A stretch of DNA of 62,927 nt from an archaeon (GTDB lineage: Archaea; Hydrothermarchaeota; Hydrothermarchaeia; JALTZZ01): the NCBI GenBank assembly GCA_027051165.1, contig JALTZZ010000048.1, forward strand, positions 1 to 62,927. Direction: 5' to 3'. This document shows positions 30,128-40,338 of the stretch, in pieces; position 1 is the stretch's first letter, and each line of letters opens with the position of its first letter. The notes beneath the pieces are model-generated. The model was not told the DNA's origin and made no database searches. It saw only the letters and a list, made by a program, of their open reading frames with translations. Made by a program: the position numbers and the translations under genes.

Positions 30128-32110
30128 TCACCCCATAAATGCTCTAAGCAGAATGTTCAAGATTCCGCCTATAATGAAGGCTGTGGGTATTATTGTAATC
30201 AGAGCAACCAATGTAAACTTTACCCCTCTCTCCTTTATCATTATAAGCAGATTTGCCAAGCATGGGACGAAGAGTGTTATTGTAACCACGCTTACGATTA
30301 TCTGCACCGAATCTAATAAGCCTTTTTCGTAGAGTGCAAAGAATCCAGCAGCTCCAAAGTCTCTTCGTAGAAAGCCCAGTATAAATGCACTTGCTGCTTC
30401 TCTTGGTAAACCTAAGAGGTTAACTGTAACTGGTTCAAATACTCTGTATAACGTGTTAAGCATGTTTAATTTATCCATTACGAAGAGAAGCAAAGTTCCA
30501 AGTATGAATATTGGAACAGCCTCTATGAGATACCATTTAAGTCTTGTCCATGTTTTTATAATGATGTTTGAGAGCTTTGGAACTCTTAAGGGCGGGAGCT
30601 CGTATATATAGAAGCTGCTTTCTCCCGTTTTTATAATTTTGCTCAGCATGTAACCGACGAGGACTAATACTATGATAACAACGCCAAACCATATACCAAA
30701 GGCTAATATTCCAACACCTGCTATCAAGGATAGAATAACCCCTTGCTGAGCAGAGCAAGGAATTGCAAGTGCTAAGAGATACGTAGCGATAAGCCTCTCT
30801 TTAACCGTCGATAATGTTCTTGTTGTTATCGTTGCCATTGTAACGCAGCCGGCTCCGAGTATGAGAGGAATTATTGCTCTTCCGCTAAGCCCTATTTTTT
30901 TAAGGACGATATTTACGTAGCTCGCAAGCCTCGGCAAGTAACCGCTATCTTCAAGAATGCCAAAAGCTATGAAAAATGTTGTTACTACTGGTAGAATGAT
31001 TGCGAATGCGTAGGTTAGAGCCATTGTAAATATTCCATACTCTCCAACAAGCAAATCTTTAATTATTCCATCTCCGAATACTGTATAAACAATTTCTTTT
31101 ATTTTTGGGTTTATAATTCCATTAAATATTTTTTCCTCCATAAGGTCGACGAGCACGCCGGCACCAAATACACCCACGAAGTAATAGAAGAACAGAATTG
31201 TTACGAAAATAAAGAATAGTGAATAGAATGGATGAATTATGTAGTCATCAAGTTTATCTAAAAATGTCTTGTATTTTATCTCTTCCTTTTTTATAATTTC
31301 AGAAACTATTCTATCTGCATATTTCTGCCTTGTTCTATTTATTATATAGCCTACTGGTATGGAAAATTTCCTTTTTAATGTGTTTACGACTTCATCTATA
31401 TGCCTAAGTTCTTTTTCTTTAAGATTCTTTCTTAAATAATCCTTCAGAGTTTCATCCCCGGAAAGTATCATTAGTGCAAGACTCCTTCTTGATATTCTGC
31501 TTTCTGGAAGCATGTGCTCAATTTCCTTTACTGCTTTTTCAATTTCATCTGGATATTTTATATCTATTTTAGGAACTTTTGCATTTTTTAGAGAACCGTA
31601 GAGCTCTTTAATACCCTTGTTTTCTATTGCCACCGTTGGCACAACTTTAGTTTTTAAGATTTTTTCAAGCTTTTTATAATCTATCAAAATTCCTTTGGAA
31701 AGTGCTTCGTCAAACATGTTGAGAGCAACTACTAAAGGCAAGCCAGCCTCCGCAATCTGAATTGCTAAATTTATACCCCTGTCAAGATTCTTCGAGTCAA
31801 CAACGAGGATAACCTTGTCAATGTGCCAGTTGAGAAGTATGTCTCTTGTAACTCTTTCGTCCTCGCCGTTTGGTATTAAGCTATACGTGCCGGGGGTATC
31901 TATTATTTCAACATTTCCATCGAATCTCAGCGGTGCTTGAAAAATTTCAACTGTTGTTCCGGGATAGTTCGATATATTTGCTGATTTATGTGTTAACCTA
32001 CTGAAAAGAGCTGATTTTCCCACATTTGGATTTCCGACCAGAGCTACTATCTCTTTTTTACCACTCTTATTTGCTGAATATTCACCACAACCTCTGCACA
32101 TGAATGCCAT
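30128..32110 (-). CDS. feoB: Ferrous iron transporter FeoB
   Basis: GNPNVGKS, NYPGTT, DTPG, LNMFD G-motifs; LEDSGYLPR and PCSA membrane motifs. Confidence 0.96.
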   Translation of the reverse strand: MAFMCRGCGEYSANKSGKKEIVALVGNPNVGKSALFSRLTHKSANISNYPGTTVEIFQAPLRFDGNVEIIDTPGTYSLIPNGEDERVTRDILLNWHIDKVILVVDSKNLDRGINLAIQIAEAGLPLVVALNMFDEALSKGILIDYKKLEKILKTKVVPTVAIENKGIKELYGSLKNAKVPKIDIKYPDEIEKAVKEIEHMLPESRISRRSLALMILSGDETLKDYLRKNLKEKELRHIDEVVNTLKRKFSIPVGYIINRTRQKYADRIVSEIIKKEEIKYKTFLDKLDDYIIHPFYSLFFIFVTILFFYYFVGVFGAGVLVDLMEEKIFNGIINPKIKEIVYTVFGDGIIKDLLVGEYGIFTMALTYAFAIILPVVTTFFIAFGILEDSGYLPRLASYVNIVLKKIGLSGRAIIPLILGAGCVTMATITTRTLSTVKERLIATYLLALAIPCSAQQGVILSLIAGVGILAFGIWFGVVIIVLVLVGYMLSKIIKTGESSFYIYELPPLRVPKLSNIIIKTWTRLKWYLIEAVPIFILGTLLLFVMDKLNMLNTLYRVFEPVTVNLLGLPREAASAFILGFLRRDFGAAGFFALYEKGLLDSVQIIVSVVTITLFVPCLANLLIMIKERGVKFTLVALITIIPTAFIIGGILNILLRAFMG

Positions 32111-32120
32111 CGCACCACCC

Positions 32121-32155
32121 CATTAGGCTAACCTAATAATTAGGCATACCTAATG
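32121..32155. promoter_or_regulatory. Tandem DtxR-type operators upstream of feoB
   Basis: CATTAGGCTAACCTAATAATTAGGCATACCTAATG contains two TTAGG-N4-CCTAA palindromes, 11 bp upstream of the feoB start. Confidence 0.85.
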
Positions 32156-32677
32156 AAACTATTATTGAAATTTTAAATAAAAGACTCACATACTTAGCTT
32201 GAGTGTTGTATGAATTTTTTAAAATAATAATAAGATAGATGCAAGTTTTTGTGTCGAAATAAAGATCTTACTAAAAACAGAGACTAAAGTAAGCATTGTT
32301 CCTATAAACGTTGCAAGTGTAAACTGTCATATTCTTTAAATTTTCCTTCGAGATCTTTTGAATCCTTTTTCTTCTGTTTCATCTCTCAAAGGAGCAGTAA
32401 ACTGCTTTAAATCAATCATTGAGTTGAAGAAAAAGTTTAACCTCAAAAAACAGATAAAAACTGGTAGCAAAATTTACTTACGTAGTGATTATGTTTTAAG
32501 AAAATTGAATACAGAATATCTTAAATGAACATTTGACAGAATGATTTTAAATGTTTTTTAATACTTCAAAACAAACACAAAAAAGTCCTATTTTACTCTT
32601 TTAAAATCTTTCAGTTGCAAAGCAAAAAGAAAATAATTATAAAACATAGGCTAAGTTCTTACTATTTCTTTCTCTTC

Positions 32678-33009
32678 CTAAGTAAAGACCTTTTCCTCAA
32701 GCTTTCTTAACCTAATTAGAATGTCTTTTATTATTTCCTGATCTTTTCTGAACTTCTCAAATTCAGCTTTTAAGTTCCCTATCTCTATAGTAAACGAATC
32801 AATTCTTGCATTGGTCTCATCTATGAATCGAGGCGTTTATTTGTAATTTCAAGAGCAGTTTTCATGCCTTCGATAGCAATTCTAAAGCCTTCAAGAGTTC
32901 CTCTAACCTCCCTTTTAAACTCTCTCAGCTCTTGCTTTAAATCGCCTATAATTGCTTCTTTAAGCTTTTCAACCATCTTATCGTATTCCATCTTAAAAAA
33001 AGCCTTCAA
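32678..33009 (-). pseudogene. Frameshifted coiled-coil repeat protein
   Basis: ORF ending ...TNKRLDS* continues in another frame as IDETNARIDSF...RLRKLEEKVFT*. Confidence 0.6.
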
Positions 33010-33123
33010 TAGCGTTGAACAAAAAACTTACTCTGCTACAATTTTAGATTAGAGTGATAAAAAAAGTAACAAATATAAATCTTTAGAAAGAAACACGAAA
33101 ATAACACGCGATTTAACACTTAC

Positions 33124-34546
33124 TATGTTTTATCTTCCCGTTGCTTGCAAGACTCCTTGCGAAAGCAAGGGGAGATGGATGGAAATTTTTTAACGTGGAA
33201 AAAAGCAAACCAATACATGTGTTCAGAATGCCTAACTATACAACTTAAAGCGATTGTCAGAGGATTACAGAATAACCTTAGGCTACATGTGCTACCACAG
33301 CGCTAAGCTTTGGAATCAAGCTCTTTTTCTGCTTAACAAAAAAGAAGCCAAGCTAAACGTCTATGACCTATACAACAGGCTAAGGAACAGCGTTCACCTA
33401 AGGGCTCTGCAGTCGAGAGTCTCGCAAATAGTCTTGGACAAACTCGTCAGAGCTTACAAGAAGCACTTGGAAGATCAGAGTATTGCAAAGCCTAAGCCAA
33501 GGAGAAAGCATAGAACAGTAGTCTTCGATAAAACTGGATTTAAGAATTTGTGGAAGCAGAATAAGGCTCAGCTTAAGCAGGAGCTTGAGAAAGCACCTAA
33601 AAGAGAAGCACGGCATTGATCTAAGGTTTCTGTGGCTCGAAATCGGCTTGCCACTAAACGAGAAAGCTATCAAAAACGTTCAGATTGCTCCAAAGAGAGA
33701 TGAGTTCGAGCTGCATTTAATCTATAAAGCTGAGATAAATCCTATAGACTTCAACAGGAGCAAGGTAATGACCATAGACCCCGTCTCTTCAAACTTCTTT
33801 GCTATAGTTGTAGAAGGGGTTGAAACGCCTTATATTATAGACGGCAAGGGATTAAAGAGACTGCTTAGAAAGTATTTGAAGAGAATCAAAAAGCTTCAGA
33901 GCCTAAAAGACAACTTAAAGAACAAAGACTTGGCTTTTCACAGCATTGAGAAGAGGATAAAGAAGCTCTGGGTTAAGGTTCACAGACTGCTTAGAAACTT
34001 CGCTCACACAGTTTCAAACCTCGTTTTAGAGCTTGCTTTAAAGCACAACGTCAAGGAGATAAGGATTGCTGATGGCTTTCAGAACAAGAACAAAGAATCA
34101 AACATAAATTCAATAGCAGATCAGATGTTGCACCTATTGCCTCATGGCAAGGCTTTCGAGTATCTTAAATACAAGGCGGAAGAGCTTGGCATATTCGTAG
34201 ATACAATTAGCGAAGATTACAGCTCTGGGGCGGACAGCCTGCTTAATAAGGCTGTTGCTGAAGAAAGCTGCACCCCAGAGCTTAGAGTTAAAAGAGATCT
34301 GTTTAAATCCGTCTTGGGTTTTATAAATGCCGATATCAACGCCTGCAGAAATTTGTTAAAGAAGCTCGGCATATTCGATAGGATAAGCGGTTTAGGTAAG
34401 CCCATAAGGCTTAGGATATTCCACAGGTTTAAAGATAGCTCCGCCTACGGAATAAGTAGGAGTAGGGGTGCGTTTTACCAAGCTGTGGGGATAAGGCTCT
34501 TGCAAGGGCAAAATCCTCACGAAGCCCTTATAAAGGGGCAGTTTAC
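33124..34546 (+). mobile_element. IS200/IS605-family element carrying only tnpB (IS1341-like)
   Basis: Preceded by TTAC; left-end hairpin CTCCTTGC-GAAA-GCAAGGGGAG; right end GAAGCCCTTATAAAGGGGCAGTTTAC; no tnpA. Confidence 0.8.
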
Positions 34547-34601
34547 TCTTCCCCAGATAGATGAGGAATCCATCACTGAAGTCAAAAGGGCTAAAGAATA
34601 A
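33217..34601 (+). pseudogene. tnpB: Frameshifted TnpB RNA-guided endonuclease
   Basis: SAKLWNQA N-terminus, RuvC-I MTIDP, YLKYKAEELGI, RuvC-III INADINACRNL; frame changes near 33250 and 33545; reading frame runs past the right end. Confidence 0.88.
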
Positions 34602-34911
34602 GCTTGCTGAAGGTGAAATCAAGGGATGCACATCTGTGCTAACCTGAGGTGAAATTGTTTATATTGTAAGAAGGAATTTTGGGAAAGAAGAAAGCTTATC
34701 TGCTGGAAAAATGTTTCTGAGCTTTCCAAACCTAAAAATATACTCTATAGATCTTGATATTATACTTAAAGCTCAGGAAATCGTTGAAAGGTTCAATGTA
34801 AAGCAGAGAGACGCTATCCATGCCTCCTGTGCCCTGAAGTTCTGCAACGGCAGAATTATTAGCAATGATTCAGATTTCGACAAAACAGACGGTATCAAAA
34901 GAATATTTTGA
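34547..34911 (+). pseudogene. PIN-domain (VapC-like) toxin pseudogene, truncated at the IS boundary
   Basis: DEESITEVKRAKE, KLAEGEIKGCTSVLT*GEIVYIVRR, RDAIHAS, IISNDSDFDK; stop codon and frameshift present. Confidence 0.75.
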
Positions 34912-35025
34912 GCTTTTACTATAGTATTCCAAGGATAAAGGTTGAATATTTCATTATATCCGTAAAGGAAAAATATACAAGCACACCTTTTAATGTCTCT
35001 TTCGTCATAGATATCAGGTCTTCTT

Positions 35026-35211
35026 TTAAGAATTTTTTGAGAATTCTTCTTCTACTTTTAGTAGTCCGTAAAGCTCTACATCCTCCATGAATTTGTCAAA
35101 GTCATCACTAACTGTGAAGTCTATCACCTTCTCTATTCTGCTTTTTAAAATACTCTCATCTATATTTTCAGGAACTTCAATGGTTATTGTTTTAGGCATA
35201 TCCATTATCAA
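35026..35211 (-). CDS. Small hypothetical protein, possibly an antitoxin remnant
   Basis: MPKTITIEVPE ribbon-like N-terminus next to the TA remnant; weak. Confidence 0.35.
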   Translation of the reverse strand: MIMDMPKTITIEVPENIDESILKSRIEKVIDFTVSDDFDKFMEDVELYGLLKVEEEFSKNS

Positions 35212-35539
35212 AAAGTTAGCAATCTCACAGCTATGTCTCTTTGAAGTTTGAAGAAAATATTAATATAACTCTCTTACAAGATGAGCGATGCAGGAGGAAT
35301 AATTCCTTCATAAAAACAAATTTAATTCCCTTACACAATACTCTATATGGTTAACAAAATTTTTTCACTAATTTAGCATTTAAAACTAATCTTTTTTAAA
35401 ATTTTTAGCTTGAAATTTTCTTTTTAATTTTTGACAGAAATGATGTTACGGACTAAATACATGCCTCCTGTAGGGAGTTATACTTATATAGGTTGAAAAT
35501 CTAATGAAGTATTCAAGCAAGCATATAGGAGGTAAATAC

Positions 35540-36229
35540 TTGAAGCTGTTATACAAGGGAAAAGCTAAAAACGTTTACGAAATAGATGAAGAAACTGTTC
35601 TTATAGAGTTTAGAGACGATATAACTGCAATGGATGGAAAGAAGAAAAGCGAGCTTAAAGGAAAGGGAGAGCTAAACGCAAAGATATCTGCAAAGCTCTT
35701 TGAAGTGATCGAAAAAAGAGGCATAGAAACGCACTATATAAAATTCGAGGAGCCAAACAAGATATATGCAAAGAAGGTTGAGATAGTGCCTGTTGAGGTT
35801 ATATGCAGAAACATCGCTACAGGAAGCTTGGTGAGGAGGTATCCGTTTAAAGATGGAACAGAGCTTAAGAAGCCAATAGTTGAGTTCTGCCTTAAGAGCG
35901 ATGAGTTCCACGATCCAATGATAAACGAAGACATTGCGGAAGCTCTCGGAATAGCTAACGGAGAAGAGCTTAAAAAGATGAAGGAAATTACGCTAAAAGT
36001 TAACGATGTTCTCAAGAGATTCCTTATAGAGAGAGGTATTATACTTGTTGATTTTAAACTTGAATTTGGCAGGTTTAACAACAAGCTCTTGGTTGCAGAT
36101 GAGATAAGTCCAGATACTTGTAGATTCTGGGATGCAGAAACCAGAGAAGTTATGGATAAAGACAGATTTAGAAAAGATATGGGAAGTGTTTTAGAATATT
36201 ATAAAGAGGTTGCAAGAAGAGTTCTCTAA
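35540..36229 (+). CDS. purC: Phosphoribosylaminoimidazole-succinocarboxamide synthase
   Basis: LYKGKAKNVY, PVEVICRNIATGS, LVDFKLEFG, ADEISPDTCRFWD, DKDRFR; start taken at TTG 35540 after GGAGG. Confidence 0.96.
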   Translation: MKLLYKGKAKNVYEIDEETVLIEFRDDITAMDGKKKSELKGKGELNAKISAKLFEVIEKRGIETHYIKFEEPNKIYAKKVEIVPVEVICRNIATGSLVRRYPFKDGTELKKPIVEFCLKSDEFHDPMINEDIAEALGIANGEELKKMKEITLKVNDVLKRFLIERGIILVDFKLEFGRFNNKLLVADEISPDTCRFWDAETREVMDKDRFRKDMGSVLEYYKEVARRVL

Positions 36230-36239
36230 GGATGATAAA

Positions 36240-38024
36240 ATGGTAGAAGAAAAGACTCATTTAGATGTTCTAATAGAGCAGGCAAAGGAGGAGAGTTTAA
36301 AAGATAGATTCCTAAAAAATAAAATTGTTTTTTTAATAGACAGGCTTGCAAAAATACAGGAAGATATTGATAAAAAGAACATAGATCAAAACTACGGATA
36401 CCTTGCAATGCTTCTCTATATATTCAGATATATAAAAAAAGAGGTTGGAAAAGATTTAGCAGATAATGTCTTCAAGGCACTGTCCTTTACAAACTGGAAC
36501 TTCGATGTTTATAAAGATCTGTTAAATGCTGAGGATGAGGAAAAAGAAATTGATATTCTTGCTGAAAAATTTATAAAAGAAGAAAATTTTAAAATTGAAA
36601 AAGAGGTTTTAAAGAGCATTATTAGAGATACATGGAGAGATTTGTTATTAGAGAGAGACTTTGAGTTTGATAAAGAGGTTGAAAAAATAAGAAGCTATAA
36701 GAAAAAGCTTTACATGCTTCTAAATTCTGATGTAGAAAAGGAAAGAAGAAAAATAGTAGAATTCCTAAAAGAGAAAAAAGCTTTTAAAGTTGATCTGAGG
36801 CTAATGAACATAGGCATTGTTCCAACCGAAAGGTGCGTAAACAACTGCAGATTCTGCTTGGTTGATTGGAAGCCGAGCTTAGAAGAAAGAGGCGTTGATC
36901 TTACAGATGAAGATTTTAAAAGAATAGCAGACGAGGTTATAAAATTCGCTGGCAAGCACGGACTTATAGTAACTGTCACCGGTGGAGAACCGTTTTTAGC
37001 TCTGGATAGAGTGCTCTATATATTAAAAAAGGCAAAAACAAGGGTAGATATTACAACAAGTGCGTTTTGGGCAGAAACCAAAGAAAAAGCAAGCGAGATT
37101 ATATCAAGGCTTATAAAAGCTGCGAAAAAGAATAAGAATCCTAAGTTCTGGTTTACGCTTCAGCTAAGCTTAGATGCGTTTCATCAAGAAGTTTACAGAA
37201 GAAACGGTGAATTTAAGGAGAACGTTCCGCTAAAGAACATTGCAAACATTATAGAGCTTTCTCAGAAGAAATTCAAGGAGCTTGAAGTTGTTTTACTGAC
37301 AAAATATACAAGATACCAAGATCCAATAGTTTATTTAATTAAGGAGCTTGAAAAGAGGGGATTTAAGCCCAAAATAACGAGGAAGATATATGATAAAAAT
37401 TTCAAAATAAGCATATATGAAAAAGGAGAATACAAGCACTATCCAGCTTTAATGAAAGCATACATGAGCCTCGGATATGGTAAAGAGATCCTTATTTTCT
37501 ATACAGCTGTCGAGAGCATAGGCAAAGCCTCTATAATGCACGAATTTGAGTTTCCATACTTCAGAAAAAGAGTTAAAGACTTCTTTGAAGGAAAAAATCC
37601 AGAAAAACTTCCAGTAATAGGTTTTGAGGTAAGCGATGATGGAAACGTATATCCGGGAGCGCATGCAATTTTTACATACAGCATAGGAAACGTCTTGAAG
37701 AGCAGTCTTGATGATATATTTGAGTTTGCATGCTACGATCCCCTTATAATCTTTTTATCGCTTGATCCGAAAAAAATAGTTGATATTGCCGTTGAAGTGG
37801 AAAAGGGACTCGAAGTTTTAAAAGAAAAAGCTTCATCTCCTTTTGTAGCCGTCTATAAGATTCTTGAGAGACCCTCAATGAGGCTGTATATAACGAAGAA
37901 GCTTATAGAAACTATGTATCCGAGGAATGTTGTTGAAGAATTGAAAAATAACTTCAACTTCAAAGATATAAAAAAGGAATACTACAAAAATAAGGAAGAG
38001 GAAGATGTTTTTATCTATTCATAA
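36240..38024 (+). CDS. Radical SAM protein with long helical N-terminal extension
   Basis: CVNNCRFC (CxxxCxxC), TGGEPF, TSAFWA, LSLDAFH; SPASM-like tail DGNVYPG...IGNV. Confidence 0.85.
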   Translation: MVEEKTHLDVLIEQAKEESLKDRFLKNKIVFLIDRLAKIQEDIDKKNIDQNYGYLAMLLYIFRYIKKEVGKDLADNVFKALSFTNWNFDVYKDLLNAEDEEKEIDILAEKFIKEENFKIEKEVLKSIIRDTWRDLLLERDFEFDKEVEKIRSYKKKLYMLLNSDVEKERRKIVEFLKEKKAFKVDLRLMNIGIVPTERCVNNCRFCLVDWKPSLEERGVDLTDEDFKRIADEVIKFAGKHGLIVTVTGGEPFLALDRVLYILKKAKTRVDITTSAFWAETKEKASEIISRLIKAAKKNKNPKFWFTLQLSLDAFHQEVYRRNGEFKENVPLKNIANIIELSQKKFKELEVVLLTKYTRYQDPIVYLIKELEKRGFKPKITRKIYDKNFKISIYEKGEYKHYPALMKAYMSLGYGKEILIFYTAVESIGKASIMHEFEFPYFRKRVKDFFEGKNPEKLPVIGFEVSDDGNVYPGAHAIFTYSIGNVLKSSLDDIFEFACYDPLIIFLSLDPKKIVDIAVEVEKGLEVLKEKASSPFVAVYKILERPSMRLYITKKLIETMYPRNVVEELKNNFNFKDIKKEYYKNKEEEDVFIYS

Positions 38025-38032
38025 AGCCAGCA

Positions 38033-38878
38033 TTACAGAGAGCAGTATGTTACCAGGCATATTGGAATTTCCTCTATATTTTTAACTATACTCTCGCTTA
38101 TGCTTCCGAGAAGTGTTTTCTTTAACGACGGGCATCTCCTTCCGATAACTATTAAATCGTAATCACCGGTTAATGCTTCTTTAATAATTTCCTTAGAAAC
38201 CTCTCCCCTTCTCACTATATGCTCGGAATCTATGTATTTATCTATGCCTTTAAAAACATCTTTATTCTCGCCAACGTAGAGAAGTGTTGTTTTTGAACCA
38301 AAGGCTTCTGCAACTAAATTTGCAACCTTAACAGCTTCAAGAGAGTGCTTCGTTCCATTAAAGGGGACGAGTATATTTTTAACTCCTCCGCTTTCAATCC
38401 CCCTGTATCCAAAAACAAATATTGGGATACTGTAGCACTTTTTAACAACTTTTTCTGTTGTTTTTGCAATTTTTCCCTCATCTCTCCCTCTTTTTATGAA
38501 CATACATGAATATCTTCCTCCTTTAGCTTCTTTAACAATTTCCTCTGATGGATATCCTTCTCTAACCTTTATTTCTATTCTATCTCTTGGAATGCCGAAT
38601 TCCTTTAAAATTTCTATAGCACTGTTAAACATCGGTTTTACTCTTGTATTGTAGTAGCTTTCCTTTATTTTTTTAAAAACATCACCGTTCATATGCTTCT
38701 CCAAGCTTATAAATGTCGGAATATTTCTGGAGTATTTTGCTAAATAGCTCAATTTTATTGTATGAAGCAGTGTTATTTCTGAATTAAATTTTGAAGCAAA
38801 AACAGCCAAATATTTTAGCATGTCTACAGTTTCTTCAGAATAGTCTATCGGAACCAAGAGGTTTTTAAACACTTTCAT
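38033..38878 (-). CDS. Tandem-domain universal stress protein
   Basis: LLVPIDYSE, ILVPFNGTKHS, DLIVIGRR, LLGSISE. Confidence 0.9.
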   Translation of the reverse strand: MKVFKNLLVPIDYSEETVDMLKYLAVFASKFNSEITLLHTIKLSYLAKYSRNIPTFISLEKHMNGDVFKKIKESYYNTRVKPMFNSAIEILKEFGIPRDRIEIKVREGYPSEEIVKEAKGGRYSCMFIKRGRDEGKIAKTTEKVVKKCYSIPIFVFGYRGIESGGVKNILVPFNGTKHSLEAVKVANLVAEAFGSKTTLLYVGENKDVFKGIDKYIDSEHIVRRGEVSKEIIKEALTGDYDLIVIGRRCPSLKKTLLGSISESIVKNIEEIPICLVTYCSL

Positions 38879-39020
38879 GATGAATATCTAATAATTTAAC
38901 TAATAAAAATCTTTCTGCAATTGTTAATTCGTCATGATTTTCAATGGTATTTTCAGAAATATTTGAAGTGGATAACGCCTGAAAAAAAATGTTAACATGA
39001 AAACTTGATGGAGGAATTTT

Positions 39021-40328
39021 ATGGAATATGCACAGGTAAACACTACGGTTCAGCTTGTAGTATTGGCTATATTCATAGGAACCTATATATTAATCTTTAC
39101 GGAAAAAATGCATAGAACAACAGCATCATTACTTGGAGCAGTATTAATGATGCTTGTTGGAAAGTATTTCGGTATTTTAACACCTGAAGATATTATTCAT
39201 ATGATAGAATTTGAAGTAATATTTTTGCTTGCTGGGATGATGATGATAGTTGCAGTTTTAATGCCCACAGGTTTTTTTGAATTTTTAGCGATAAAATCTG
39301 TTAAGCTGGCTAAGGGGAATCCGTGGAAAATGATGATAATTCTTGGAATTGTAACAGCGGTTTTATCAATGTTTGTAGACAATGTCACAACAGTGCTTTT
39401 GATGGTTCCTATAACCGTTATGGTTGCCAATACCTTAAGGATTAGTGCTGTTCCTTTGCTCCTTGTTGAAGCTCTACTTTCTAATGTAGGTGGTGTTGGA
39501 ACGCTCGTAGGTGACCCCCCAAATGTCATGATTGCTGCTGCTACAGGATTTACTTTTATGGATTTTATAGTTCATTTAATGCCCATAGTAATTGTGGCAC
39601 TGTTTTTTTCCCTATATACTTTAAAATATCTCTATAGGGATTACATAAGTAGGATACCCGAGAATGTGGAAGATGTCATGAAAATTAATGAATATGAAAT
39701 GATAAAAGATCCAAAAACAATGAAAAGAACCGTTGCAATATTATTATTTACAATCTTCTTATTTATAATTCATCATAAGATAGGCTTAGAGCCTTTTGAG
39801 GTTGCAATGCTTGGTGGTATTCTTGCTATAGTTGTTAATAGAGCAGATCCACATAAGGTTCTTCTGGAGATTGAATGGTCCACATTATTCTTCTTTGCAG
39901 GACTCTTTATAGTTGTTGGCACTGTTGATAAGGTAGGCATATTAGCAATGATTGCAGAGGAGATAACAAGCTTCGTGCATGGAAATTATATTCTTGCAAC
40001 AATATTAATTTTATGGATATCTGCTATAGCATCTGCCATTGTTGACAATATACCATTTACAGCTGCAATGATACCAGTTGTAAAGCATATGGGCGAACTG
40101 GGAGTAGATGTCAATCCAATATGGTGGGCATTAGCAATTGGTGCTGGTTTTGGTGGCAATGGCACACCTATAGGTTCGAGTGCAGGTGTAATTGTTATTG
40201 GTCTAAGTGAGAAGTATGGTCACCCTATAACATTTAGAGAATGGCTACATAAAGGCACGCCAGTAATGATAGTGAGCTGTATTATAGGTTCTATAGCATT
40301 ATTGTTATTTACAGAATATTTCTATTGA
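39021..40328 (+). CDS. ArsB/NhaD (IT superfamily) permease
   Basis: DNVTTVLL, SNVGGVGTLVGDPPNVMI, IEWSTLFFF, VDNIPF, GGNGTPIGSSAG. Confidence 0.9.
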   Translation: MEYAQVNTTVQLVVLAIFIGTYILIFTEKMHRTTASLLGAVLMMLVGKYFGILTPEDIIHMIEFEVIFLLAGMMMIVAVLMPTGFFEFLAIKSVKLAKGNPWKMMIILGIVTAVLSMFVDNVTTVLLMVPITVMVANTLRISAVPLLLVEALLSNVGGVGTLVGDPPNVMIAAATGFTFMDFIVHLMPIVIVALFFSLYTLKYLYRDYISRIPENVEDVMKINEYEMIKDPKTMKRTVAILLFTIFLFIIHHKIGLEPFEVAMLGGILAIVVNRADPHKVLLEIEWSTLFFFAGLFIVVGTVDKVGILAMIAEEITSFVHGNYILATILILWISAIASAIVDNIPFTAAMIPVVKHMGELGVDVNPIWWALAIGAGFGGNGTPIGSSAGVIVIGLSEKYGHPITFREWLHKGTPVMIVSCIIGSIALLLFTEYFY

Positions 40329-40338
40329 ACATGGTAAG

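Noticed and set aside
32160-32660. Long AT-rich intergenic tract as a replication origin
   Set aside because: No ORB-like repeats recognised and no cdc6/orc1 gene nearby
33535-33560. Programmed frameshift in tnpB
   Set aside because: No slippery heptamer, a second frameshift near 33250 and a lost stop codon point to pseudogenisation or sequence error
34640-34660. In-frame TGA in the vapC-like gene as selenocysteine or readthrough
   Set aside because: It sits at a position that looks like Trp (TGG to TGA) in a gene that also has a frameshift and lacks its N-terminus; ordinary decay
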